Positions 18,820-28,033 of a DNA stretch of 64,000 bases are shown here, piece by piece. The DNA is from a bacterium (GTDB lineage: Bacteria > Sysuimicrobiota > Sysuimicrobiia > Sysuimicrobiales > Humicultoraceae). The notes under the pieces were generated by a model. The model was not told where the DNA came from. It did no database searches and saw only the letters and a list, made by a program, of their open reading frames with translations. The position numbers were made by a program, and so were the translations under genes. Location of the stretch: NCBI GenBank assembly GCA_036004665.1, contig DASYRG010000008.1:82754-146753 (forward strand), read 5' to 3'. Position 1 is the stretch's first letter, and every line of letters begins with the position of its first letter.

Positions 18820-20067
18820 ATGTCCGTGATCGTCCAGAAATACGGCGGCGTGCTGCTTGCCACGCCGCAGGGACGGGAGGAGGTGGCCGCCCAGGTCATC
18901 GCCACCCGCAGCGAGGGCGCTCGGGTAGTGGTTGTGGCCTCCGCCATCGGTCGTGAAGGAGATCCGTACGCGACCGACACGCTGCTCGGTCTGGCCACCC
19001 AGGTCGACCCGACCGTTTCCCCGCGCACCCTGGACCTGCTGCTCAGCTGCGGCGAGATCATCTCCACGGCCCTTCTGGCGCACACGCTCGAGCGCGCGGG
19101 CGCCCCAGCGGTGGCGCTGACCGGGTTGCAGGCCGGGATCCAGACGACCGGGGATTTCGGTGAGGCCCGCATCCTGCACATCGACCCCATCCCGATCCGC
19201 GCCCACCTCGACGGCGGCCGCATCGCCGTGGTGGCCGGGTTTCAGGGGGTGACCGCCGAGCAGGAGGTGACCACGCTGGGGCGCGGCGGCAGCGACACCA
19301 CCGCCATCGCGCTGGGCGCGGCGCTGCCGGCGGATCTGGTGGAGATCTACAAGGACGTGGAAGGAGTCATGACCGCCGATCCCAAAGTTGTGCCAGAGAG
19401 CCGCGTGATCTCGCAGATCTCCTACGATGAGGTCTCGCAGATGGCGGCCCTCGGCGCGCGAGTGATCCATCCGCGCGCGGCAGACATCGGCCGCGAGCAC
19501 GACGTGCGGGTGGTCATCCGCCGGATGGGGTCCGGACGGACCGGAGGCACTCTGTTGGTGCGCGGCCCTGAACTGGGCGTGCCGATCAGCGACGGACGCC
19601 CGGTGATCGCCCTCGCCCATCTGCCCGACGTCGTACAGCTGCGGCTGCGCCGTCCGGCGGGCGAATCCCTCACCCATCCCCTCAAAGCGCTGCGGCGGCT
19701 GGCCGCCGAGGGGATCAGCATCGACCTGATCACGCTGATGTCCGACCTGCTCGCGTTCACGGTCCGGGAAGAGGACTACGAGCGCGCCGTGCGGCTCCTC
19801 CAGGGCGAAGGCTACGAGGCCTCCGTGACCCGTCCCTGCGCCAAGGTCTCGATCATCGGCGCGGGGATGCGCGGCGTCCCCGGCGTGATGGCCAGGGTGG
19901 TGAAGGCGCTCGAGGCGGCGGAGGCGGAGATCCTGCAGACCGCCGATTCGCACACCACCATCTCCTGCCTGGTCCGGCGGGAGCAGATGGAGCGGGCCCT
20001 GCGCGGCCTGCACGACGAGTTCGGGCTGGGTGAGGCGGTGGCGTCGGAACGGGAGGCTCCTGGCTAA
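18820..20067 (+). CDS. lysC: aspartate kinase with C-terminal ACT domains
   Basis: MSVIVQKYGGVLL N-terminus, GRGGSDTTA motif; the ATG at 18820 is in frame with the ORF-track ORF that starts at 18544. Confidence 0.9.
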   Translation: MSVIVQKYGGVLLATPQGREEVAAQVIATRSEGARVVVVASAIGREGDPYATDTLLGLATQVDPTVSPRTLDLLLSCGEIISTALLAHTLERAGAPAVALTGLQAGIQTTGDFGEARILHIDPIPIRAHLDGGRIAVVAGFQGVTAEQEVTTLGRGGSDTTAIALGAALPADLVEIYKDVEGVMTADPKVVPESRVISQISYDEVSQMAALGARVIHPRAADIGREHDVRVVIRRMGSGRTGGTLLVRGPELGVPISDGRPVIALAHLPDVVQLRLRRPAGESLTHPLKALRRLAAEGISIDLITLMSDLLAFTVREEDYERAVRLLQGEGYEASVTRPCAKVSIIGAGMRGVPGVMARVVKALEAAEAEILQTADSHTTISCLVRREQMERALRGLHDEFGLGEAVASEREAPG

Positions 20068-20163
20068 ACAGACGAGGGAGAGGGAGGTCTCCAACGACAG
20101 CGGACAAGCGGCGCTCGAGGGCGCTCGAGGGCCCGCGAACAGAGACGACAGGAGGGGAGCGCG

Positions 20164-21057
20164 ATGATGCAGTTCGGGTACGTGATCACCGCGATGGCGA
20201 CGCCGTTTGACCGGGAGGGGCGGCTCGATGAGCGCCGCGCCGGGGAGCTGGCGCGCCGGCTGGCCGAGCACGGCAGCGAGAGCCTGGTGGTCGCCGGGAC
20301 CACGGGCGAGTCGCCGACCCTCTCCGATCAGGAGAAGATCACGCTCTTCCGCATCGTCAAAGAGGCGGCGGGAGGGCGGGCCAAGGTCATCGCCGGGACG
20401 GGCACCTACGACACCGCCCACTCGATCCACCTGACGAAAGAAGCCGCGCGCGCAGGGGCCGACGGCATCCTGCTGGTCAACCCCTACTACAACCGGCCCA
20501 GCCAGGATGGGCTCTACGCGCACTTCCGTGCGGTCGCTGAATCCACCACGCTGCCTGTGATCCTCTACAACATTCCCGGCCGCACTGGCGTGAACTGCCT
20601 CCCTGATACCGTGGCCCGCCTGGCCGAGGTTCCTAACATCGTGGGGATCAAGGAAGCGACCGGCAGTCTCGACCAGGCCTCCGACGTCCGCAAGCGCACG
20701 CCCCGGGACTTCGTCATCTACTCCGGGGACGACAGCCTGACCCTGCCGATGCTGGCGGTAGGCGGGACGGGGGTGGTGAGCGTCGCCTCCCACCTGGCCG
20801 GCGAGGAGATCGGCAAGATGATCCGCGCGTTCCACGGTGGCGACACCTCCACCGCCCTGGCGCTGCATCTGCGGCTGTGGCCGCTGTTCAAGGTCCTCTT
20901 CATCACGACCAACCCGGTTCCGCTCAAAGCCGCGCTCCGTCTGGCCGGCTTCGACGCGGGCGCCCCGCGGCTGCCGCTCGTGGAGGCCACACCGAAGGAG
21001 CAGGAGCAGATCCGCTCGGTGCTGGCGGAGCTGTCCCTGCTGCCTGTGGCCGTCTGA
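20164..21057 (+). CDS. dapA: 4-hydroxy-tetrahydrodipicolinate synthase
   Basis: 297 aa; VVAGTTGESPTLS, YNIPGRTG and catalytic Lys region GIKEATG. Confidence 0.9.
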   Translation: MMQFGYVITAMATPFDREGRLDERRAGELARRLAEHGSESLVVAGTTGESPTLSDQEKITLFRIVKEAAGGRAKVIAGTGTYDTAHSIHLTKEAARAGADGILLVNPYYNRPSQDGLYAHFRAVAESTTLPVILYNIPGRTGVNCLPDTVARLAEVPNIVGIKEATGSLDQASDVRKRTPRDFVIYSGDDSLTLPMLAVGGTGVVSVASHLAGEEIGKMIRAFHGGDTSTALALHLRLWPLFKVLFITTNPVPLKAALRLAGFDAGAPRLPLVEATPKEQEQIRSVLAELSLLPVAV

Positions 21058-21656
21058 TCGCTCCTCGGAATCCCGCAGCGACACGGCACGCCCTCGAGTC
21101 CCTGCACGGGCAGATTCGCCGCTGCCGGCGTTGCCGGCTGTGGCGGACCCGTCTGAAGGCGGTCCCGGGGGAAGGCCCGGCCACGGCCACGGTGATGCTG
21201 GTGGGGGAAGGCCCCGGCAGACAGGAGGACGAGCAGGGGCGGCCCTTTGTGGGGGCCGCCGGCCGCGTGCTCGACGGGATACTGGCCGCGGCCGGGCTGT
21301 CCCGGGAGGATGTCTACATCACGAACGTCGTGAAGTCTCACCCCACGGAGCGTAAGAGCGGTCCCAACAGGGCGCCCCGCCCCGATGAAGCCGCCGCCTG
21401 CCGGCACTGGCTGACCCAGCAGGTGGCGATCCTGCGGCCGCGTCTGATCGTGACGCTGGGCGCGCATGCGCTGGCGGCCTTCGACCCAACGGCGAGGCTC
21501 TCGGCGGTGCACGGCCGGCCGTTCCAGCGGGAGGGGCTTACCATCCTTCCGCTCTTCCACCCCGCGGTCACCTTTCATGGGGTCTCCCCGGAGACGCTTC
21601 GCGCGGACGCCCGCAAGATTCGCACCCTCCTGGCCCGGCCGAAGGCGAACCGGTGA
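21054..21656 (+). CDS. udg: family-4 uracil-DNA glycosylase (Fe-S type); no ATG/GTG/TTG at the expected N-terminus, so the start is uncertain
   Basis: CRRCRL...GEGPGRQEDEQGRPFVGAAGRVL and HP..RKSG motifs typical of UDG family 4. Confidence 0.7.
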   Translation: MIAPRNPAATRHALESLHGQIRRCRRCRLWRTRLKAVPGEGPATATVMLVGEGPGRQEDEQGRPFVGAAGRVLDGILAAAGLSREDVYITNVVKSHPTERKSGPNRAPRPDEAAACRHWLTQQVAILRPRLIVTLGAHALAAFDPTARLSAVHGRPFQREGLTILPLFHPAVTFHGVSPETLRADARKIRTLLARPKANR

Positions 21657-23389
21657 CCGCCGCACCCACCCGGCGGGGTCCCCCGCGGAGCCGCCGGGCG
21701 CGGCCTCGCGCTCACCAGGAGAGGCCGGCGCCGGCCAAGGGCGGCGGGCAGCTGCAGATCATCCCCCTGGGCGGCGTCGGGGAGATCGGCAAGAACGCCA
21801 CCCTGATCCAATCTGGGAGCGACGCCCTCCTCGTCGACGCCGGACTGCGTTTCCCCGAAGAAGAACTGCTGGGGATCGACCTGGTCATCCCCGACTTCTC
21901 CCTGATCGCCCAGCGGCACGTGCGTCTGCATGGGGTGGTGCTCACGCACGGCCACGAAGACCACATTGGGGCGCTGTCCTTTCTGTTGGACCGTGAACAC
22001 CCCATGGTCGTCGGCTCGCCCCTGACCGTGGCCATGGCAAAGGAGCGCGCCGCCGAGCGCAGTAAGGAGGCGCGCTGGCGACCCACCGCCTACCGCGAGG
22101 AGGTCGGGCTCGGTCCGTTCCAGGTCGAGCTGGTGCGGGTCAGCCACAGCATTCCCGGCGCGGCCGCGGTGGTGGTGCGCGCGGGCGGACGCGCGGTCGT
22201 GGTGAGCGGCGACTTCAAGTTCGATCAGACACCCGTCGACGGACAGCCCACGGACGTGGCCCGGCTGGCGGAGGTGGGGGAGGCTGGCGTGACGGCGCTG
22301 TTGCTGGACAGCACGAACAGCGAGCGACCCGGCTACACGCCGTCGGAGCGGGTGGCGGGGGAGGCGCTGGCCCGCCGGGCCGAGGGGGTGGGCGGACGCA
22401 TCATCGTCACAACGTTTTCCAGCAACGTGCACCGCCTGCAGCAGGTGATCGATCTGGGCGCCGCTATCGGCCGCCGCGTCGGCGTGGTCGGCCGGTCGAT
22501 GGAGCAGAGCGTGCGCATCGCCCAGGCGACCGGCCATCTCAAGGCGCCCAAGGGCGTGCTCGCCACGGTGGAAGAGGTGCGCCAGCTCCCCGACGACCGC
22601 GTGATCATTCTCATCACCGGCAGCCAAGGGGAGCCGCTCTCGGGCCTTTCCCGCGTGGCGGCGGGCACCCACCGCGCCCTCAGCCTCAAGCGCGGGGACA
22701 CCGTTATCTTTTCGGCGTCGGCGATCCCCGGCAACGAGGCGGTGGTCGCGCGGACGATCGACAATCTCTTCCGCCGCGGCGCGGAGGTGATCTACGGGCG
22801 CGAGAGCGGGGTACACGTCTCCGGGCACGGGGCGGCGGAGGAGTTAAAGCTGATGACCAACCTGCTGCGCCCGCAGGTGTTCATCCCGGTGCACGGGGAG
22901 TACCGGATGCTCGTCCAGAACAGCCGCCTGGCGGCGCAGACTGGCATCCCCGCCTCCCGCATTCTTCTGGGGGAGAACGGCACGATCTTCGAGTTCGGGG
23001 CGCACCCCCGCATCTCGGGAAGGCTGCAGGCGGGCAACGTCCTCGTCGATGGGCTGGGTGTGGGCGACGTCGGCGCTATCGTTCTGCGGGACAGGCAGCA
23101 CCTCGCCCGCGATGGGATGGTCATCGTGCTGCTGGGACTGGATCAGGCCACCGGGGAGGTCGTCAGCGGGCCCGACGTGGTCTCCCGCGGCTTCGTCTAC
23201 ATGCGGGAAGCGGAGCCGTTGTTGGCCGAAGTACGCGGGCGTGTCTCCGACACGATCAAGGGCCTGCAGAAGACACAGGGCACCGACTGGGCCGAGGTGA
23301 AGCGCGCCATCCGCGACGACCTGAGCCGGTTTCTCTACGACCGCACCCGCCGGCAACCGATGATTCTCCCTATGGTGGTGGAAGTCTGA
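21653..23389 (+). CDS. rnj: ribonuclease J (metallo-beta-lactamase / beta-CASP)
   Basis: 578 aa; LTHGHEDHIG motif and beta-CASP region; GTG start overlaps the UDG stop; follows dapA as rnjB does in Bacillus. Confidence 0.9.
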   Translation: MTAAPTRRGPPRSRRARPRAHQERPAPAKGGGQLQIIPLGGVGEIGKNATLIQSGSDALLVDAGLRFPEEELLGIDLVIPDFSLIAQRHVRLHGVVLTHGHEDHIGALSFLLDREHPMVVGSPLTVAMAKERAAERSKEARWRPTAYREEVGLGPFQVELVRVSHSIPGAAAVVVRAGGRAVVVSGDFKFDQTPVDGQPTDVARLAEVGEAGVTALLLDSTNSERPGYTPSERVAGEALARRAEGVGGRIIVTTFSSNVHRLQQVIDLGAAIGRRVGVVGRSMEQSVRIAQATGHLKAPKGVLATVEEVRQLPDDRVIILITGSQGEPLSGLSRVAAGTHRALSLKRGDTVIFSASAIPGNEAVVARTIDNLFRRGAEVIYGRESGVHVSGHGAAEELKLMTNLLRPQVFIPVHGEYRMLVQNSRLAAQTGIPASRILLGENGTIFEFGAHPRISGRLQAGNVLVDGLGVGDVGAIVLRDRQHLARDGMVIVLLGLDQATGEVVSGPDVVSRGFVYMREAEPLLAEVRGRVSDTIKGLQKTQGTDWAEVKRAIRDDLSRFLYDRTRRQPMILPMVVEV

Positions 23390-23395
23390 CAGATG

Positions 23396-23467
23396 GGTGG
23401 TGAGCGGATGGGGTCGGGGCCGCCGAACGACGGGATCACGGCGTCCCTCGCCCATCCGCTCACCACC
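23396..23467. repeat. nested-hairpin element copy D: 17-bp outer stem GGTGGTGAGCGGATGGG/CCCATCCGCTCACCACC, a diverged inner stem, apical loop AACGACGGGATCA
   Basis: Core CCGAACGACGGGATCACGG matches copy B at 17 of 19 positions; the outer and inner stems differ from B but still pair. Confidence 0.65.
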
Positions 23468-23574
23468 ACCCGCAGGCTTGACCACCAAAGGGAGAAGGCG
23501 TCAAGCTGCCGAAGTGGACTGACATCGTACGTGAAATCGGCAGAAGTTCGTCGGACCCTTCACCGGAGCAACGT

Positions 23575-24366
23575 ATGGCGCAGATGATCATTCTGGGAAT
23601 CGTTCAGGGTCTCACCGAGTTCCTCCCCGTCAGCAGTTCTGCTCACCTCGTCTTCGCCGAGCACTTTCTCGCGCTGCCGCGGCCGGGCGTGGTCCTGGAG
23701 GCCGTCCTGCACCTGGGCACCGCGCTGTCGGCGGTCGTGCTCTTCTGGCCGGAAGTGCGCCGTCTGGTCCGGGCGGCGATCGGGCGGGATGGGGCCAGCC
23801 TCGACGCAGGGTACCGGCGGCTCGCCTGGCTGCTCCTCGCCGCCACCGCGCTCACGGGTCTGATCGGTCTGATCTTCCAAGGGTCCTTTGAGCGGATGTT
23901 CTCTTCGGTCAGAGGCACCGCGGTGCAGCTGATGATTACCGGCGTCATCTTGCTGCTCGCCCGCGAGCGGGGGAGGCGGCGGATGGTGGACGCCCGGTTC
24001 CCGGACGCGGCCGCCCTGGGTGTGGCGCAGGGGATCTCGATCGTCCCCGGGATCTCCCGCTCCGCTCTCACGATCGCTGTGGGCCTCTGGCGCGGGCTGA
24101 CGCGGGAGGAAGCGGCCCGGTTTTCCTTTCTCATGGCCATCCCAGCGCTCGTGGCCGCCGGACTCTTCGCCCTGCGCGACCTGGGGGAGGCCTTCATCCT
24201 TGGTTACACCCCGGTGGAACTGGCGGTCGGGTTTGCGGTCTCGGCCCTCTTTGGCATGATCGCCATCCGCTGGCTGATGGACTGGATCCGCCGCGGCCGC
24301 CTCCTGCTCTTCGCCGTCTACTGCTGGGCCGCGGGGCTGGCCGTCTTCCTCTGGACGTTCCGTTGA
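23575..24366 (+). CDS. uppP: undecaprenyl-diphosphate phosphatase
   Basis: 263 aa; MAQMIILGIVQGLTEFLPVSSSAHL N-terminus. Confidence 0.9.
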   Translation: MAQMIILGIVQGLTEFLPVSSSAHLVFAEHFLALPRPGVVLEAVLHLGTALSAVVLFWPEVRRLVRAAIGRDGASLDAGYRRLAWLLLAATALTGLIGLIFQGSFERMFSSVRGTAVQLMITGVILLLARERGRRRMVDARFPDAAALGVAQGISIVPGISRSALTIAVGLWRGLTREEAARFSFLMAIPALVAAGLFALRDLGEAFILGYTPVELAVGFAVSALFGMIAIRWLMDWIRRGRLLLFAVYCWAAGLAVFLWTFR

Positions 24367-26723
24367 GGCGATCGGCGGCCCGCCGGCGCAGGCCACGCAC
24401 CACGCGACGCAGCGGCGCCGGGCTGTTGCTGCTGCTGGCAGGCGTGCTGCTGGCGTTGGGATTCCTGCCGCGGGCAACGGGGGCGGCGCTGCTGTTGGGA
24501 CGGTGGCAGCGACTGGCTCTTGGGATCGCGGCTCCCGCGATTCCGCTCCTCACCGTCCTCAGCGGCGTCCTGATCGTCCTGGCCAGAGGGCGCGCGCGGT
24601 TTACCCCCCGGGTGCAGGGACTGCTGCTGGGAGCCGTGGCCGCCGCCGCGGCCGTCCACGCCTTCGTGCCGGCTGGGCGCGAATTCGCGGCCGCCCGGGC
24701 GGGGCAGGGCACCGGCGCAGTGGGGGCGGTGCTGGCATGGGCCGGCCGCGCTCTGGTGGGGGAGGTCGGGCTGTGGGTCCTGATCGTGCTGGTGAGCTCG
24801 ACGGCCGCGTTGAGATTGCTCATGGTGCCGCTTCCCCGCGTCATCGACTGGCTTCTGGCCTCGGGACGGACGGTGGTGTGGAGTGTCAGGGCTCTGCTGC
24901 GGGCTGGGGTGGCGGTGGCCCGACTGGCCCTGGCCGGCGTCGGGGCAGCGGCGCACGGCCTGTACGTGCTGATGAGAATCGGGTCCCGCGAGAGTCTCCG
25001 GGCTGCCCGCGCGATCCGGGCCGCTCAGGCCTCACGCCGAAGACAGGCCGCCGTGTCGCCCGTCGAGGAATCAGAGCTGGCGTTCGAGTCCGCCGGAAAT
25101 GGGGCGCAGGCCGCTGCCCTCGAAGAAGTACTTCTGCCCCTCCCGGCTGCCGTCGCCGTCGGGTCGGGGAGCAGCACGGTGGAGCCCCGCCCGGTGCCTC
25201 CGGCCGCCCGGCGGCGGCCCCAGCAGGCGCGTGAGCGGGTCCATCAGGAGTCGCTCCTGCCCGAACCCCCTTCCGGACCGGAGACGGAGCGGCGCCGAAT
25301 GGGCGCGGTCTATGAGCGCCCGCCCCTCGAGCTGCTCGGCGATCCGCTGCGCGGCACGCGAGCCCCGCGCAGCGATCCGGGCGAGACTGCGCGCGCCCTC
25401 GAACAGACCCTGGCGAGTTTCGGCGTCGAAGCGAAGGTGGTGCACTGGGAGCAGGGACCGGTGGTGACCCGGTTCGAGGTGCACCCGGGCTCCGGCGTGA
25501 AGGTACAACGGATCACCAGCCTCACCAATGACATCGCCTTGAACCTGGCCGCGCCCAGCGTACGTATCGAGGCGCCGATCCCCGGGAAATCGGCCGTCGG
25601 CATCGAGATCCCCAATCAGAAATCGAGCCTCGTGCACATCAAGGAGATCCTCACGCAGCCATCCTTTCAGACGCAGGTCGGCTCGCTGATCGTCGCCCTC
25701 GGCAAAAACCTCACCGGCCAGCCGATCGTCGCGGACCTGACGGAGATGCCGCACTTGCTCATCGCCGGCGCCACCGGCTCGGGCAAGTCGGTGGCGCTCA
25801 ACGCCATCATCGCCAGCCTGCTCTTCCGCTACACTCCCGACGAGGTCCGCTTCGTCATGATCGATCCCAAGCGGATCGAGTTGACCAACTACAATGACAT
25901 CCCGCATCTGCTCATCCCCGTCGTCACCAACCCGCGGGCGGCCGCCGGCGCGCTGAAGGAGATGCTGCGCGTGATGGAGGAGCGCTTCGAGCGCTTCGCC
26001 GCCGCCGGGGTGCGCAACATCCAGGCGTACAACGAACTGGCCGACGCCGACCCGCTGCCCTTCATCGTCATCATCGTGGACGAACTGGCCGACCTGATGA
26101 TGGTGGCGCCGGCCGACTTCGAGGACGTGATCGTCCGCCTAGCGCAGATGACCCGCGCCACCGGCATCCACCTGGTCGTCGCCACGCAGCGCCCCTCGGT
26201 GGACGTGATCACCGGGCTGATCAAGGCCAACATCCCTTCCCGCATCGCCTTCGCCGTCAGCAGCCAGGTAGACAGCCGGACGATCATCGACGGCCCGGGA
26301 GCGGAGAAACTCCTGGGGCGCGGCGACATGCTCTTCCTGCCGATGGGAGCGTCCCGGGCGGTGCGGGCGCAGGGGTCCTTCATCGGGGACGGGGAGATTC
26401 AGGCGCTTGTCGACTGGTGGCGCGGACAGGGCAGACCGACCTTCGACGAGTCCATCCTCGCCGCCGGGCGGCAGTCCGCCGCCGGCGAGGGCGGGGAGGA
26501 CAGCGAGCGCTTCACCGAGGCCGCCCGCATCGTCGTGCGCTCAGGCTATGGATCGGTCTCCCTGCTACAGCGCAAGATGCGCATCGGCTACGTCACCGCC
26601 GCCCGGCTGGTCGATCAGCTGGAGGCGCGCGGCATCGTCGGCCCGGCGCAGGGCAGCAATCCGCGCGAAGTGCTGATGGGACTGGACGCGCTCGAGCGGA
26701 CCATCCGAACCAAAACCCCCTAG
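24363..26723 (+). CDS. ftsK: DNA translocase FtsK/SpoIIIE
   Basis: 786 aa; N-terminal TM helices, motor domain IAGATGSGKSV and C-terminal gamma (winged-helix) domain. Confidence 0.9.
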   Translation: MRRSAARRRRPRTTRRSGAGLLLLLAGVLLALGFLPRATGAALLLGRWQRLALGIAAPAIPLLTVLSGVLIVLARGRARFTPRVQGLLLGAVAAAAAVHAFVPAGREFAAARAGQGTGAVGAVLAWAGRALVGEVGLWVLIVLVSSTAALRLLMVPLPRVIDWLLASGRTVVWSVRALLRAGVAVARLALAGVGAAAHGLYVLMRIGSRESLRAARAIRAAQASRRRQAAVSPVEESELAFESAGNGAQAAALEEVLLPLPAAVAVGSGSSTVEPRPVPPAARRRPQQARERVHQESLLPEPPSGPETERRRMGAVYERPPLELLGDPLRGTRAPRSDPGETARALEQTLASFGVEAKVVHWEQGPVVTRFEVHPGSGVKVQRITSLTNDIALNLAAPSVRIEAPIPGKSAVGIEIPNQKSSLVHIKEILTQPSFQTQVGSLIVALGKNLTGQPIVADLTEMPHLLIAGATGSGKSVALNAIIASLLFRYTPDEVRFVMIDPKRIELTNYNDIPHLLIPVVTNPRAAAGALKEMLRVMEERFERFAAAGVRNIQAYNELADADPLPFIVIIVDELADLMMVAPADFEDVIVRLAQMTRATGIHLVVATQRPSVDVITGLIKANIPSRIAFAVSSQVDSRTIIDGPGAEKLLGRGDMLFLPMGASRAVRAQGSFIGDGEIQALVDWWRGQGRPTFDESILAAGRQSAAGEGGEDSERFTEAARIVVRSGYGSVSLLQRKMRIGYVTAARLVDQLEARGIVGPAQGSNPREVLMGLDALERTIRTKTP

Positions 26724-26917
26724 AACTCGTAGATACGATCGGTCGGATCTCAGGGTCGTGTCGGTTGAAATGCCGGGGGGCCCCGCGGTTCACGCGCGAG
26801 GCGCTGGGGTCGTTGAAGGAGGGTTCGCTCCCGGGCCGCGAATACTCAATAGAGCCATCCGCGAGAGAGTCTCAAACCGCGCCGGAGGAACGCCGGCAGT
26901 TCTCAGGAGGTGGAGGC

Positions 26918-27979
26918 ATGGGTAGACTGCTCCGCATGGGAGCAGCCCTGGTCATCGCTGGGCTGCTCCTGATGAGTACCGTGGCCAGTCAAAGGGCAGT
27001 TGCGCAGGCGCCAAAACTCAAGGTCGGTCTGGTCTATGACGTGGGCGGGCGCGGGGATCTGTCCTTCAACGACATGGCCGCGGCCGGCTTCGACAAGGCG
27101 AAGAAGGACTTCGCCGCCCGGCTGGGCGACGTCCGCGAACTCGAGCCCACCGCCGGCGGGGAGAACCGCGAAGAGCTCCTGCGGTTGTTGGCCGGGGAGA
27201 AGTTCGACCTGATTCTCGGCATCGGGTTCCTCTTCACCGACAGCATCACCCGCGTGGCCAAGGACTTCCGCGGGGTCAAGTTCGCCATCGTGGACGGGTT
27301 CATCCCCGACCAGCCCAACGTCGTCAGCCTGCTGTTCGATGAGCACGAGGGCTCGTTTCTCGTGGGCTGCGCCGCGGGCCTGAAGACCAGGGTAAACAAG
27401 GTTGGCTTCGTCGGCGGGATGAAGATCCCCCTGATCGAAAAGTTCGAGGCCGGCTTCGTCGCCGGCGTGAAGTACTGCAACCGCAAAGCTCAGGTCTTCA
27501 GCGACTACGCTGGCACGACCGGCGAGGCGTTCCGCGACCCGGTCAAGGGCAAGGAGCTGGCCAGCGCCCAGTACGACCGCGGCGCGGACATCATCTACCA
27601 CGCGTCCGGCGGTACCGGCATCGGCGTCTTTGAAGCTGCCGTGATCAAGAAGAAGCTGGCCATCGGCGTGGATGCCGACCAGTCGCTCACCGTGAAGGCG
27701 GACCAGCGCAAGCAGATTCTCACCAGCATGCTCAAGCGGGTGGACGTGGCCGTTCACGAGGCAATCCGTTCCGTGGTCAACGGGAACTACAAGGGCGGCA
27801 TCCGTACCTTCGGCCTGAAGGAGGGCGGGGTCGGCTACGCCGTAAACCAGTATAACAAGGCGATGATCCAGGACATCGTGCCGCGCCTGGAAGCCATCAA
27901 GAAGGACATCATCGCCGGCAAGATCAAGGTGCCCACCGACAAGAAGACGCTGGACGCCTTCATCAAGGCGCTGAAGTAA
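26918..27979 (+). CDS. BMP-family (PnrA-like, nucleoside-binding) ABC transporter substrate-binding lipoprotein
   Basis: Signal peptide MGRLLRMGAALVIAGLLLMSTVASQ; KVGLVYDVGGRGDLSFND BMP signature; the ATG at 26918 is in frame with the ORF-track ORF. Confidence 0.8.
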   Translation: MGRLLRMGAALVIAGLLLMSTVASQRAVAQAPKLKVGLVYDVGGRGDLSFNDMAAAGFDKAKKDFAARLGDVRELEPTAGGENREELLRLLAGEKFDLILGIGFLFTDSITRVAKDFRGVKFAIVDGFIPDQPNVVSLLFDEHEGSFLVGCAAGLKTRVNKVGFVGGMKIPLIEKFEAGFVAGVKYCNRKAQVFSDYAGTTGEAFRDPVKGKELASAQYDRGADIIYHASGGTGIGVFEAAVIKKKLAIGVDADQSLTVKADQRKQILTSMLKRVDVAVHEAIRSVVNGNYKGGIRTFGLKEGGVGYAVNQYNKAMIQDIVPRLEAIKKDIIAGKIKVPTDKKTLDAFIKALK

Positions 27980-28033
27980 CGTCCGCGTTTGCGGACGGAA
28001 GCGGCCCGGGGGGAGCGATCCCCCCGGGCTTGT
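27980..28033 (+). terminator. two tandem GC hairpins (7-bp then 10-bp stem) followed by UUGUGUGUG, between the substrate-binding and ATPase genes; candidate intra-operon terminator/attenuator
   Basis: Hairpins read directly at about 27980-27997 and 28004-28029. Confidence 0.5.

Noticed and set aside
20068-20163. Tandem duplication GCGCTCGAGGGCGCTCGAGGGC between lysC and dapA
   Set aside because: It is a short 11-nt tandem repeat in a 96-nt spacer that still has a normal RBS; there is no evidence of function beyond slippage.
23393-23587. 64-aa ORF between rnj and uppP
   Set aside because: It coincides with hairpin element D. It has no RBS and a Gly/Arg/Pro-biased composition typical of chance ORFs in GC-rich intergenic sequence.
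26724-26917. Riboswitch (purine or nucleoside-sensing) upstream of the BMP-family binding protein gene
   Set aside because: I could not match the purine, preQ1, ZTP or c-di-GMP consensus by eye; only generic GC hairpins are visible. Left for an Rfam scan.
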